Positions 27,119-39,127 of a DNA stretch of 64,000 nt are shown in pieces. A program made the position numbers and the translations under genes. The stretch spans positions 17,112,001-17,176,000 of the forward strand of contig OZ336874.1 of assembly GCA_965287045.1 (NCBI GenBank). Reading direction: 5' to 3'. The notes below the pieces were generated by a model. It ran no database searches, was not told the DNA's origin, and was given only the letters and a program-made list of their open reading frames with translations. Source of the stretch: Carcharhinus amblyrhynchos (lineage: Eukaryota). Each line of letters opens with the position of its first letter. The stretch's first letter is position 1.

Positions 27119-27255
27119 GGGTGCAATCTTACCGGCCATTCACGCCACGTTCCCTCTGCAGCAAGGTCGGAGAATTTGGTGCCCAGCCAAATCTCCATTC
27201 TCTGCAGTGGAATGGGAAAATCCCACCGGGGTGAATGGCCACACTATTCCAGCCC
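27119..27255. mobile_element. Short MITE with 3-bp TSD
   Basis: ACA|GGGTGCAATCTTACC...CTATTCCAGCCC|ACA. Confidence 0.65.
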
Positions 27256-27557
27256 ACATGTTTTGTCCATTCTGAATCAATGGGTATCAGTTGTATCTGC
27301 ATACCTGTGACTGGAATTAAAAGTGTGGACAGGGTGATAGACAAGCACACACAAGGACAAGGAAAGGAGGACTGAATTAATATGACAGCAGGCAGCTGAT
27401 AGAAATGTTAATAAATGATTAATGTTGGATCTCTAATCTGACCTCTGACAGCTTGAGATGAGATGCACTGAACGGTCAAATACCCTGTTGATAAGAAATG
27501 TGTTCTATCACAGCAACACTGGAAGCAAGACAAGACTGCAATTATCCCCTTACTCAA

Positions 27558-27902
27558 TATAGAAATCATAGAAACCCTTCAGTAGAGAGAGGCCATTCGG
27601 ACCATCGAGTCTGCACCGAACACAATCCCACCCAGACCCTACCCGCTCATCCCTACATATTTTACCCACTAATCCCTCTAACCTACACATCTCAGGACAC
27701 TAAGGGGCAATTTAAGCATGGCCAATCAATCTAACCCGCACATCTTTAGACTGTGGGAGGAAACCTGAGCACCTGGAGGAAACCCACGCAGACATGAGGA
27801 GAATGTGCAAACTCCACACAGACAGAGACCCAAGCCGGGAATCGAACCCAGGTCCCTGGAGCTGTGAAGCAGCAGTGCTAACCATTGTGTTATCATGCTG
27901 CC
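27558..27902 (-). mobile_element. V-SINE with CR1-type tail
   Basis: tRNA head, V core, tail CGAATGGCCTCT...TTTCTATGATTTCTAT. Confidence 0.87.
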
Positions 27903-28184
27903 TTTTACCATGCAGTTATTATTTTACATGTAAATAGCTTGATATTTTCTGGCAGACTGGCATTTTCTCCACCACTGACTTATACTTCTAATCCAACCTT
28001 CATTCAAGCCAAATCCAGATGACTTTTTAGTTGACTGAATTTGAGATGGTCACAAGTTCTTCACAACTACAATTTTTGTAAACAAGAATTGGATTGTAGC
28101 AAACTTGAAACAGCCATCATGATCATGAGCAGTGGCTATGGCAAACATCACCTCATCTCTGAAAGTGTAACTATTTGTTTGAAA

Positions 28185-31100
28185 TTCTTCCACAGGATGG
28201 TGTGTGCCATTGGCCAGGTCAGCAGTTGCTTCCAATTTCCAGTTTCGCCGGTGAAGATGGTGGTGAGCCACCTTCTTGAACTGCTGCAGTCCATGTGCTG
28301 CAGGTACACCCACAGTGCTATTAGAATGAGAGCTCCAATATTTTGATCCAGTGACAGTGAAGGAATGGTGAGATTGTTCCAAGTCAAAACGGTGCTTGGC
28401 TTGGAGGGACCATGCAGCGGGAGGTAATCCACTATATCTTCTGCTCTTGTCCCATTAGGCGTAGAGGTCAGAGATTGGGAAGATGCTGTCAAAGGAGCCT
28501 TGGTGTACCATCTGCAGGGCATCTTGCAGATGCTACACACTGCTGCCACTGTGCATCAGTGCTGGAGGGGGGTAATGTTTATGAAGCGGATGGGGTGTCA
28601 ATTAAGTGGGCAACTTTGCCCTGGATGCGGTTGACATTGTTGAGTGTTTTAGAAGGACTATTCTCGGCAAATGGAGTGTGTTCAATCATGCCTTGATTTA
28701 TGCCTTGAAACTGGTGGATGGCCTTTGGGGAATCAGTTACTCAGTACAGAATTCCCAGGGCCGACCTGCTCTTGCAGCCACAGTAATTATATGACTGGTC
28801 CAGCTAAGTTTCTCTGTTAATCTCTAGAACATTGATGGTCTTCCCCTCCCCCCCTACCTCAGCCCCCTGGGTTCAGCAATGGTAATGCCACTAAATGTCA
28901 AGGAGAGTTGGTTAGATTCTGTCTTATTGGAGATCTTCATTGCACTGATGTGACACGAATGTTATTTGTCACTTATCTGATCAAGATTGAAGTTGTCCAG
29001 GTCTTGCTGCATATGGACATGGACTGTTCCAATGTCTGAGGCATTGTGAATGGTGCTGAACTAATAATGGAGGTAACATCACTGATGAAGCAGCTGAAGA
29101 TGTTTGGGTTAGAAGACACAACCCTGAAAGACACCTGCAATGATGTCCTGGAGCTGAGATGACTGATTTCCAACAACCACAGCCATCTTCATTGTGCCCA
29201 TGTGACTCCAACCAATGGAGTAGTTTCTCCTGACTCCAACTGACTTCCACTTTGCCAAAGCTCTTTGATGCTAGACTTGGTTGAATACCGCCTTGACGTC
29301 AAGGGCAATCACTCTCATCTCATGTCTGGAGTTCAGCTCTTTCATCTATATTTTGATTGACAGGAATGAGTAATGAAGTCAGGAGCTGAGTTACCCTGGT
29401 GTAATCAAACTAAGCTCACTGATGCTTAGTTTGATTACACCAGGGTAACTCAGCTCCTGACTTCATTACTCATTCCTGTCAATCAAAATATAGATGAAAG
29501 AGCTGAACTCCAGATCATTGCTCTGTAAGTGCCGCTTGATAGCACTATTGACAACATCTTCCATTACGTTGTCAATGATGAAGAGTAGACTGGTAGGGCA
29601 GCAACTGGCTGGATTGGATTTATCCAACTTTTAGTTGACAGGGCATACTTGGGAATTTTTCTGTATTGCCGGGTAGATGCCAGTGTTGTAGCTGTATTGG
29701 AACAACTTCTCTTGAGGTGCAACTCTTTCTGGAGCACAAGTCTTCAGATTTACTGCCAGAATATCATCAGGGCGCTTAACTTTTGCAATGTTCGGTTTCA
29801 GCAATTTCTCAAATTGGCTGAAGACCGGCACCTGTGATGCTGGGATCTCCAGAGAAGGCCATGATGGATCATTCACTTGACAGTTCTGGATAAAGATTGT
29901 TGCAAAAGCTGAACATTGTCTTTTGCATTGCTGTGCTAGCTTCCCACATCACTGAGGATGGGGATATTTTGGAACCTCTTCCTCCGGTGATTGTTTAACT
30001 GTCCACCACCATTCGTAATCGGTTGCAGCAGGACGGCAGAGCCCAGTGATGATCCTGGGGATTGTTTAATTGTTCAGCTCTTTCTACGGCATGCTGCTCC
30101 CATTGTTTAGCATGTAAATAATCTTGTGTAAAACTGAATCAGTTTGACACCCCATGTTTAGTTATATGCCCGATGCTGCTTCTGGCATGACCTTCTACAC
30201 TCTTCATTGAATCAAGTTTGATCCCCTGACTTGATGGCGATGGAAGAGGAAGGGATTTGCCAGACTGTGAGGTTGCATATTATGGTTGGATATCATTCTG
30301 CTGATGCTGACGGCCTATTACAACTCATGTGGATGTAACTGTGAATTGCTAGGTTTCTTCTAAATCTATCCTATTAGCATGGTGTTAGTGCCATACAACA
30401 TGACAGAGGACATCTTTGATATGAAGGCGGGATTTTGTCTCCACAAGTACTGTGTGGTGGTCATTCCTACAGACACTGTCATGGATAGATGTATCTGCAA
30501 CAGGTAGGTTGATGAGGATGATGTTTTGCTTTTGTTGGTTCCCTTACCAGTCAGAACCAGTCGAGCAGCTGTATCCTTTAGGATTCAGCCAATGGAGTCA
30601 GTAGTGGTGCAACAAGCCGGTCTTGGTTAAGTCTCCCACCCAATGCATGTTCTGTGCCCTCGCCACCTTCAGTGCATTTTCCAATTGGTGTTCAAAATGG
30701 GGGGTATGGATTCACCGGCTGGAGTGTCGGGGGCAATTGGTGTGCGAGGTGATGATCAACAAGCATCTTCGCCCATGTTTGACCAGGTGCTATGAGACTT
30801 TGTTGGATCAAGAGTCAATATTAAAAATGCCCAGGGCAACTCCCTTCCCACTACATCATCTCCTCTGGTGGGTAAGCCCTGCCCTACTGATAGGGATTCA
30901 GGGATACTAACGTCCAGAACATTGTAAAGTATGATTTGGAGAACATGTCCACATCAAGCTGACACTTGAATTATCTCTGGGGCAGTTCTCTCAATTTGAT
31001 ATGAATGAAGACGACTTTACAGGGCCAACAAGGCTGATTTGCCACCATTGTCATTTCCAGTGCTGAAGTCAATGCAAGCAAGTCCATCTGGTTTCATTCC

Positions 31101-31405
31101 TTTTTTTGACCTTTGTTTGGTATAACTGAGTGGTTTGCTCAGCAATTTCAGAGGATGCTAAGAGCCAGTTCATGGGTCTGTCACACATAGGCCAGACCAC
31201 GTAAGAACGGGACATTTCCTTCCTAAAAGCTCTTTAATAAACCAGGTGTGTTTTTAGGACAATTGACAATGCCTTCATGGTCACAATTACTGGGACTAAC
31301 TGTTAATTCCAGATTTATTAATCATATTTAAACACCACCAACTGTTGTGGTGAGATTTTGAACCAGTGTCCCCAGAGTATCTATCTGGACATTTGGATTA
31401 CTATT
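28185..31405 (-). mobile_element. Decayed, apparently full-length CR1-group LINE with a single APE-RT ORF and a tRNA-like 5' head
   Basis: Minus strand: B-box-like GGTTCAAAATC near 31360; APE remnant EHQLENALKVARAQNMHWVGDL near 30700; RT remnants (IFSCFISD near 29090); 3' tail near 28190-28260. Confidence 0.75.
29325..29514. repeat. Perfect inverted repeat, 91-bp arms, 8-nt spacer
   Basis: 29325-29415 is the exact reverse complement of 29424-29514; spacer TCACTGAT. Confidence 0.95.
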
Positions 31406-31612
31406 CCTCTCCCCCCTCTGCTGAGACAGCTAAACCAAAGGCACAGCATAAGTCAAATTCTGCCTTTTCAAAGCTGACTCTCTCTCTCTCTCATCACTTA
31501 CACAATAACATAAAGAACATAACTTTAAAGCACAAGAGGTGTAAAGATTTGGCAGGCTGCTGAATTAAATGTGATTCATAAACTTTGAGTTGTTACTTCT
31601 AATTTCTAAGTT

Positions 31613-31917
31613 AAGTTTACTTATTAGTGTCACAAGTAGGCTTACATTAACATGGTAAATGAAGTTACTGTGAAAATCCCCCAGTTGCCACACTCCGGCA
31701 CCTGTTCAGATACACAGAGGGAGAATTTAGCCTGGCCAATGCATCTAACTAGCACGGCTTTCAGACCACGAGAGGAAACTTAAGCACCCAGAAGAAACTC
31801 ACACAGACACAGGGAGGACATGCAGACTCTGTACAGACAGTGACCCAAGCTTGGAATCGAACCTGGGACCCTGGAGCTGAGAGGCAGCGGTGTTAATCAC
31901 TGTGCCACCATGCCGCC
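31613..31917 (-). mobile_element. V-SINE, same tail type
   Basis: Head GGCGGCATGGTGGCACAGTG..GGTTCGATTCC; V core; tail. Confidence 0.87.
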
Positions 31918-34900
31918 TAGCAATGCTTTGAAACGTGGAACATGAGCAGTCTACTAAAATGGCCTTTGCAATTCATGTGCCCTTTGGCACTTGAAGCACC
32001 AGACAAACTCTGTCTCTCAGGCAAAAACCTAATTAAGTACAGACATTCATGGTCATGTGGAGAATTTACACATTCCTTTCTTTAAGGACAAACGGTCAAC
32101 TAAAAGAACCAAAGCATTCCAGCCAGCTCATCATTCTGCTTCGCTACGGACAAAATAAACATGAAAATTCGATATACGTTAGGCAAATGTGAATGTTAAG
32201 GTGTCAAACAACACAAGGTGTGCAATCTACCCATCACTTTTTGGAAAAAGGATTTTGATGGTTACATGCTTATGAAGTCAGTTTGTTGCCTGCTTTCAAA
32301 ATAACAGAAAGAAGCTGTTCTGCAGAGACAGAGTGCTATCAGGAAGCCATTGAACCAGTTGCGTGTCATCTAAGCAATCAAGGTAATAAAAAGCAATATC
32401 ATGGAAGTGGTAGAAGAGTTCACCCCAACCTGTTGCAACTTCTAGTTATCTGAGATCCAACCGCCCAGGCATTCAAATACAAGAAGCCTAACAGCTTTCT
32501 CTGCTTTACAAGACCTTCACCTTACCTAAAGCATCAACTTATCTAAGAAACCACAGACCTGCCACAAAACAGACTGAGACCAGCATAAATTATAATTGTA
32601 TTGTTTTACCTTAATCTATGTCTATTTTTTCTGTGTGTGAGGCAAGTGATTGGCATTTTAAACCTCTAAGGCAAGAATGTGACAATAAATAAACCTCTTT
32701 ACTGTGAAGCTCACAGGAAGCTCACTTCTGGACTTATTTAATCAGGACAATCAATCTGAGGGTAAGAAAATATACATTCCTTACATACAAGCATATTGTT
32801 CTTGGGCAACGAGAAAGAAATACACAAATTTTGTCCTTGACACTTCAGAAAATTTAAAGGCAATTAAAATCTATAAGAACAATTGAGAATGCTTGCCTAG
32901 TCAGTGATGCCCACATCCTGAGAAAGACTAACAGTAATGATCAGAAGATATTTTATGACACGAATCAGAGAAATAGCTGACCTTAAGAAGTCAGCCTGAT
33001 CATCCTTGGCATCTCTCTTGGTGCCATCAAAATGACCACTTTCTTTCAGAAGGAATTTACAAGGACTGATTCACAGACACAGGAATTTCAGAATGTACCT
33101 TAACCTTCCTGAGGCCCATTTGATTGGTTGTTTCTCAGATCAGGTCACTTTGAATACATCTCTCAAAATTGTCAGCTAAAGTCCTCTCCAAGAGCATGAG
33201 TAAAAACTGTTGCACACAATCACGAAACAGTGTTTCTGGCAAATGTGTACATCTCAGTTTCATTTATTATCAAATGCCACCAGCGATGTTTTCAATTATT
33301 TTGATTTGATAATGGCAGAATGCACAGCATTCCAGAAATCCCCTCTAAAGCTGTTATTGATAGATGTACATGAGAAACCTTTTAGCATTGACCATTCTGA
33401 TCCTTGGGCCCTGTCCCAGCCCTTCAGCATTGGAGCGCTATCCTGCTCTCCCACTGTACAACCGTGTCTTGTTGTGATTCAAATATTTATCCAGCTTCTG
33501 AGACCCAATGAGACCTGGAAGCTCCTAAGGTTGATCATTTTTCTGCACACATTATCTGATCTGAGAGGAGGCAGTGGTAGGGTTGCTGCAGTACCTTTAG
33601 GTTAAGAGGGAAAACTCAGAGTTGCTTCTCCTGAATGCTATCCAAGAAACATTGCTAGAAGACTGTATGGGTGAAGATATGATCAAGCTTGTGTGTGATG
33701 CCTCACACAGTGAAGAGAAGAACATTGGAATTTCTAGAAGAGAAAAGGTCCATCTAGTTCCCCTTCTACCATTCCGATAATGATGCGATGAAGTGACTAA
33801 TCACAGCAATCAATTTCTATTAATTATATTACAACAGACTCAAGAATGACACCACTAAAAGCTAAGTGGAGGGGAGTTTTGAAAACCAGCCTCTGAGTCA
33901 GAGAATGTGGGTTCAAGACCTACCTCAAAATCTGGGACTGGATTTTCATCTTCCAACGAGGGTGCGTATCAGCATGCAAAATGCTGAATTTTGTTGCCTT
34001 TGCTGGAGAAACAATTTTCCTGTCTTCCCAACCCCACCACCATTTTTTGCATATTTGTTGGCAAGTCTGGAAGGCGTTGGGTGCAAACACACACGCATGC
34101 ACCTCTTGCAAGATGAGGATCCTAACTGCAAGTATCATAGCAAAACTGTATGTTCTCCAATGCACATTTTTGCATGCTGATGTGAATTTTGTTTTGGGCA
34201 TTTGTGAGCCCTAAAAATACACCTCTTTTGAGAGCTCACAACTACTGGGGGAAGCTGGAAGGGTAAATGTAATATTTTTTGACACCATCAAACTTCACTA
34301 CTAGATGATGTACTGCTGACCTTTACAGTGACAAGCACTGTATAATTGTCGCATGCTTACAGTGCTTCCCTAATTGTTAGAAATGCCACAATGAATTAAA
34401 AATGTAAAAATAAATCTCCCGTCAGCATCTGCTGACATGTTTTGCATTTTGATTTAAATCGATAGATAGCTCTGGCTGTTAAAAAATCCCTGCTTTTGTA
34501 AGTTGGGGGGAAAAAAGTCTGCATCTGCTCCCCTCCATTGATTGATGGACAATCTGGTTTGAGGTGGAAATGAGACACCATTCTTTTCTGTCAGTGTCAG
34601 CCAACATCGCTGGAAGTTTCTGTTAAATCAACCATAACTGTTCTGAATGCTTGGCTCAGTTTCAAAAGCTGAATTAGCTTCAGCTCAGGAGATGGTCAAT
34701 TGACCCTTGTATGACTGACACTTTTGAGAGGGTTTAATAACAGAAAATGCCTTTGATTTTGTTTCTTGTTTACTTACAAACCTAACAGTCATTTAAAGAA
34801 TTTTTTTCATTGGAGTTGTGTTTTTTCTCTTTGAAGTATCAATTATGGTTTGTTTGATTTCAGGCTTTTATAAAATTATTGATCATTTTAAATAATTCTT

Positions 34901-35444
34901 GCTGGTTTTGCATGCCTCCTGAGGATGTAAAATAGTTAATGCTGGGGTAAGTGGTTATGGAGGATATATGGAGTAATGGAAGGAGGATGGGGGACCTGAG
35001 AGGCCACAGGGTGGCAAGGGGATATGAGAAGGTATGGGAGTGGTTGCGGAGCGTGGAGGTGGCATGAAGGATCAGAAGAGCATGAGAATGGAGGGGCATG
35101 GAGATAGCCTGGGCAATCTGAGAGGGCCCTGAGTGATTTGAGGTGGTAAGGGTGATCTGAGAGGACATGGGGTGGCATAGGCATGCAGGCTGAGGATTAT
35201 ATGGCCTTTAAACCATGCTGGGAGCTGGGCTGATGTGTTGGGAAACCAAGGCGAGCCTTCTAATCAGCACTCCTCACAGCTTGCAAAATGCACCGTGAAC
35301 TTGCCCCTCATGCGAACAAACAAAAAACCTTGGGTAGAGTCACATATTGGTCGGGTATGCAATTCAGAAGGTGCAGGCCAAGTTTCCTTAAGCCCACAAA
35401 AATATCCCAGCCCTGAGCAGACAAAGTGATGTTTCCCTGTGTAG

Positions 35445-35822
35445 TGCATACAGAGTGTTGCATTGTCAGAGACGCCACCTTTCAGATGAGGAGTTACATC
35501 CTATGAAAGATCTTACGGCACTATTTCAAAGAAGAGCAGGAAGTAAACCCCTGTGCCCTGCCAATATTTATCCCTCAATCAACATCACAAATACAAATGA
35601 TCTGGTCTTTATCACATTGTTGTTTGTGGGAGCTTGCTATGTGCAAATTGGCTGCTACATTTCCGACATTACAACAGTGACTACACATCTTTCCATTCCT
35701 TTGTGGGATGTGAGCATTGCTGGTAAGGCTAACTGCTCTTAAAAAAAGTGCTTCAAAAGTACTTCTTTGGTAGGATGTTTTGGAGGTGTGAAAGGTTTTT
35801 TAAAAAATACAAGTCTTTCTTC
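35445..35822 (+). mobile_element. DeuSINE-like element (headless)
   Basis: GGCACTATTTCAAAGAAGAGCAGG..GCCAATATTTATCCCTCAATCAACATCAC..TGTTTGTGGGAGCTTGC. Confidence 0.78.
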
Positions 35823-36673
35823 TTCTATTTGTCCATCGGAAGTCATGTTTTTCTTCCCAGGTATGTGACATTTACCACATGCCGTATCACAAGTGACTTC
35901 TGTGTATCCCAAATGTTAATTTTCTGAAACAAACCTACCGAATTTTCATTTGAACCACCAAGCCTTTTCAATGTTAATAGCAATGGAAGAAATGACAAGT
36001 TTAGTGACAGACTAAGCTATCACAGCTTGTCAAAATCATAAAATAAACAGAAACGTCCTCAAAATGAAACCTGCAAACTCCATGGTGCTTGGTGTCAAAA
36101 GAACAGCAATGGAATGATTCTTCCAGCATATAATGAAGAATGGCAAGTGGGAGCATGTCATCCACCCAAGCTCCTTCCAATTACTGCAGTACAGCTATCA
36201 ATGGAAGTGTATGGCAAACACTCCTTGTTTGTGGGGAAAAATCAACATGTTATTATGGTGTCTGGCAATATTTATGTCCTTATAATACCAGGGACTTGAA
36301 TATGTGCATGTCTGATACCTTACTGTCATCGTAAACATAAATATAATTGTTATCCTTCTGATTTGATATTAACCTTTTGGAAACAGCAATGACTTTTAAA
36401 ATATACTGTGCATTAACTTCCATTCTCTTCCACTTCCAAAGGATACATAAACACTGGAATTAATCACTCCACTAAATAGTAAAGAGGTGGTTCAGGCAAA
36501 CTGTTTGAAAATGATACATTGCAGCAAAAAACCTAAGAGTTTTAAAGTAAAAGTGGTAAAACAAAACTTCCACTCTGAAAGTCAATTGGTGTGGCATGCA
36601 ACCCATTGTTTAGACAAATTCAATGAGGCCACAGCTCCTCAACTGCAGCACCTTTGTTGAAGGTAACGCCTAC

Positions 36674-36828
36674 CTGCAATGTACAACCATTGGCCCAGCG
36701 TCTGGAGGGTTACAGGCTTTGACTCGCCGCAAGAAGGCCAAGAATGGTGTTGGGTGCTCTGGAACCCCATGATCAGGCCACGCTGTGAACTGGAATTGTC
36801 GTACTTCCCTCTTTTCGCTGGAGCCAAT
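36674..36828 (-). CDS. PTPRD: PTPRD D1 exon (WPD loop to catalytic VHC)
   Basis: ctcacag|ATT...TGC AG|gtaggc; 155 nt; [51 protein letters not shown](S); PEHPTPF points to PTPRD rather than PTPRS/PTPRF (from memory). Confidence 0.96.
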
Positions 36829-37184
36829 CTGTGAGAACAATGGGATTTTATCAACAAAATGATGGGAGTGTTTATAATAATTAAAAAAGAAAGGAGCTTT
36901 ATTTTGGGCATGTTTCCCACACTGACAGACATCATAATTTTCTGGCGCCTCTAATTTGTAGATCAAATTACACAGCTTGTTGTCTTAATGAATGCAATAT
37001 AGGTTTGCCCTCTAGGTCTTTAGTGCCTCAAATCCAATCTAAACAGAGGAAGTGCGGATAGTTGAGCTGTAGATGTCAGGCTGCAGTAATGTACTTGTTC
37101 CTAATAAACTATTTTGAGTCTGTGAGCATGGGAAATTAGAAAGGGAATAATTAGGAAAAAAAATTCAGCAGCCACAAATTATCA

Positions 37185-37546
37185 TTTTTTAATTCGATTT
37201 ATAGGGCGTGGGCATTGCTGGCTGAGCCAGCATTTATTGCCTGTCCTTAATTACCCTCCACTTCAGAGGCCAGTTGAGAGTCAACCACACTGTTGTGGAT
37301 CTAGAGTCACATGTCAGCCAGACCAGGTGAGGATGGCAGATTTCTTTCCCTAAGAGACACTAGTGAACTAGTTGTGTTATTACGACAATCACCAATGGTT
37401 TCTTGGTCATCCTTAGATTTCTATTTTCAGATTTTTACTGAATACAAACTTCACCATGTGCCATGGTGGGATTTGAACCCAGTTCCCAATGCATTACCAT
37501 GGGTCTCTGGGTTACTAGTCCAGTGACAATGCCACTATGCCACCCC
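37185..37546 (-). mobile_element. tRNA-headed SINE sharing its 5' part and tail with the 28185-31405 LINE
   Basis: Minus: A box TGGCATAGTGG, B box GGTTCAAATCC, body GGAAAGAAATCTGCCATCCTCACCTGGTCTGG, tail GGCAATAAATGCTGGC. Confidence 0.8.
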
Positions 37547-38302
37547 AAATTATGTGTGCATGTGTGAGAGACACAGGACATCTCCCTCACATGGTTCATA
37601 TTTGGCTTAGACAGAAAAGTCTTTTCTTACATATTGCCTTCAACAAAGCAGTTATGACATTTCATGAGAACAAATGCACTCTGCCTGACTATCAAGGATC
37701 TCCATAAGAAGAATTAGGGTTTAAACCCTTACTTAAGCCTCACCAAGGGCAAGATTGGAGTCACAGGTCCAGGATTGCTGACTAGCAGAAAAGACAACAA
37801 ATCTAAGATGGTGCACTTATATGAAGTGTATTATGGCTGCTGAATAGTGAGGCTCAAGGTCACTTTGCTGGTGAACACACTCCACCCACACTTGTTGGTG
37901 AAGTACAGCCAGTTACCATGAAATGGCAGTCATGGGTGGGGTGAGTGCCAGAGGTGCTGTGAAGGAAGAGATCCTTTCCTTAAACTGTAACAAACTTTTA
38001 ATCTAAATCTGAAGGAGAAACCCACCATGGCAACAGATACCTATTCTCACCCCTATTAGGGGAAGGTCATTATTTTTGTGATTACAGTAGTACAATGCTG
38101 CTGGGTGGGATTTTGAGCCTGTATCCTCCACAAGCATAAATGGTGATGCCGGTGCAAAATTCCACTGGAGTCGGCAAGTGAGATTTCATTTACAGATTGT
38201 TTCCCATCCCCTTGTCAGTGACGTTCTCACGGAGGCCAGGAACCTCATTTAAATACATTTTATCATTACTAACGGGCCTCCCTGCCACATCTCCCGAAAG
38301 CC

Positions 38303-39127
38303 CACATATGCGGGAAATGTCTAGAGGTGCAGAGATTAAGGGCCCGGGTGAGGCAGCTGGAACTGAGGCTGGAGGATATGTTTTTAGTTAGGGAAAATGA
38401 GGAAATAATGGATAGGGACAGTAACACTGAGCAGATACCAGGACCTAGGAGGAGAGATGGATGGGTTACAGTTAGGAAGAGCGAAAAGAAAAGGAGTCAT
38501 GGCACTAGGACCGCCCCAGAGGAATTACCCCGGAATATCAAGGGTGGGGTGACAGCTGGGGTAGAGAAGGCAAGGGAGGGAGATCAGAATACCTCGGAGG
38601 AAGGGAAGAGTGCAGGGTGTGAGATAGTGGTGGGGGATGGGAGAGTCAAAGGGATTGACAGGCGGTTCTGTGGGCAAAAGCGGGACTCCAGGATGGTAGT
38701 TTGCCTCCCTGGAGCAGGGGTACAGGATGTTTCAGAAAGGGTAGAGGGAATTTTGAAGGATGGAGGGACTGAGTCTGATGTGATAGTGCACGTAGGAGAG
38801 AAGGATGTAGGAACAAAGTGCAGGGGGGACATACGTAGGCAGTTCAGGGAGTTGGGGGCTAGGCTGAAATGTAGGGCCTCCAGGGTGGCGTTCTCTGGGC
38901 TGCTGCCAGTGCCTGGGGCTAGCAGGGCTAGAAATAATGAGATACTCCAACTAAATGCGTGGTTGAAGGATTGGTGTAGGGCAGAGGGTTTTAGATTCGT
39001 AGACCACTGGGAAGTCTTTATGAAAGAGGGGCAAATATACAAGAGGGATGGGGTACAGTTAACTGGGAAGGGCGTGCATATCTTAGCTGGAAGGTTAGCT
39101 GGAGTGTTTCGGCAGGGTTTAAACTAA
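38303..39127 (+). CDS. CR1 ORF1 (5'-truncated): half zinc finger, coiled coil, SGNH-esterase-like domain
   Basis: HICGKCLEVQRLRARVRQLELRLE..., IVVGDG, VVCLPGA, VIVHVGEKD, DGVQL, ends ...FRQGLN*. Confidence 0.88.
   Translation, partial: HICGKCLEVQRLRARVRQLELRLEDMFLVRENEEIMDRDSNTEQIPGPRRRDGWVTVRKSEKKRSHGTRTAPEELPRNIKGGVTAGVEKAREGDQNTSEEGKSAGCEIVVGDGRVKGIDRRFCGQKRDSRMVVCLPGAGVQDVSERVEGILKDGGTESDVIVHVGEKDVGTKCRGDIRRQFRELGARLKCRASRVAFSGLLPVPGASRARNNEILQLNAWLKDWCRAEGFRFVDHWEVFMKEGQIYKRDGVQLTGKGVHILAGRLAGVFRQGLN

Noticed and set aside
11496-36828. Identical 155-nt exon size and phase-2 intron in HC|S for both D1 and D2
   Set aside because: Real, but a well-known trace of the tandem PTP domain duplication.
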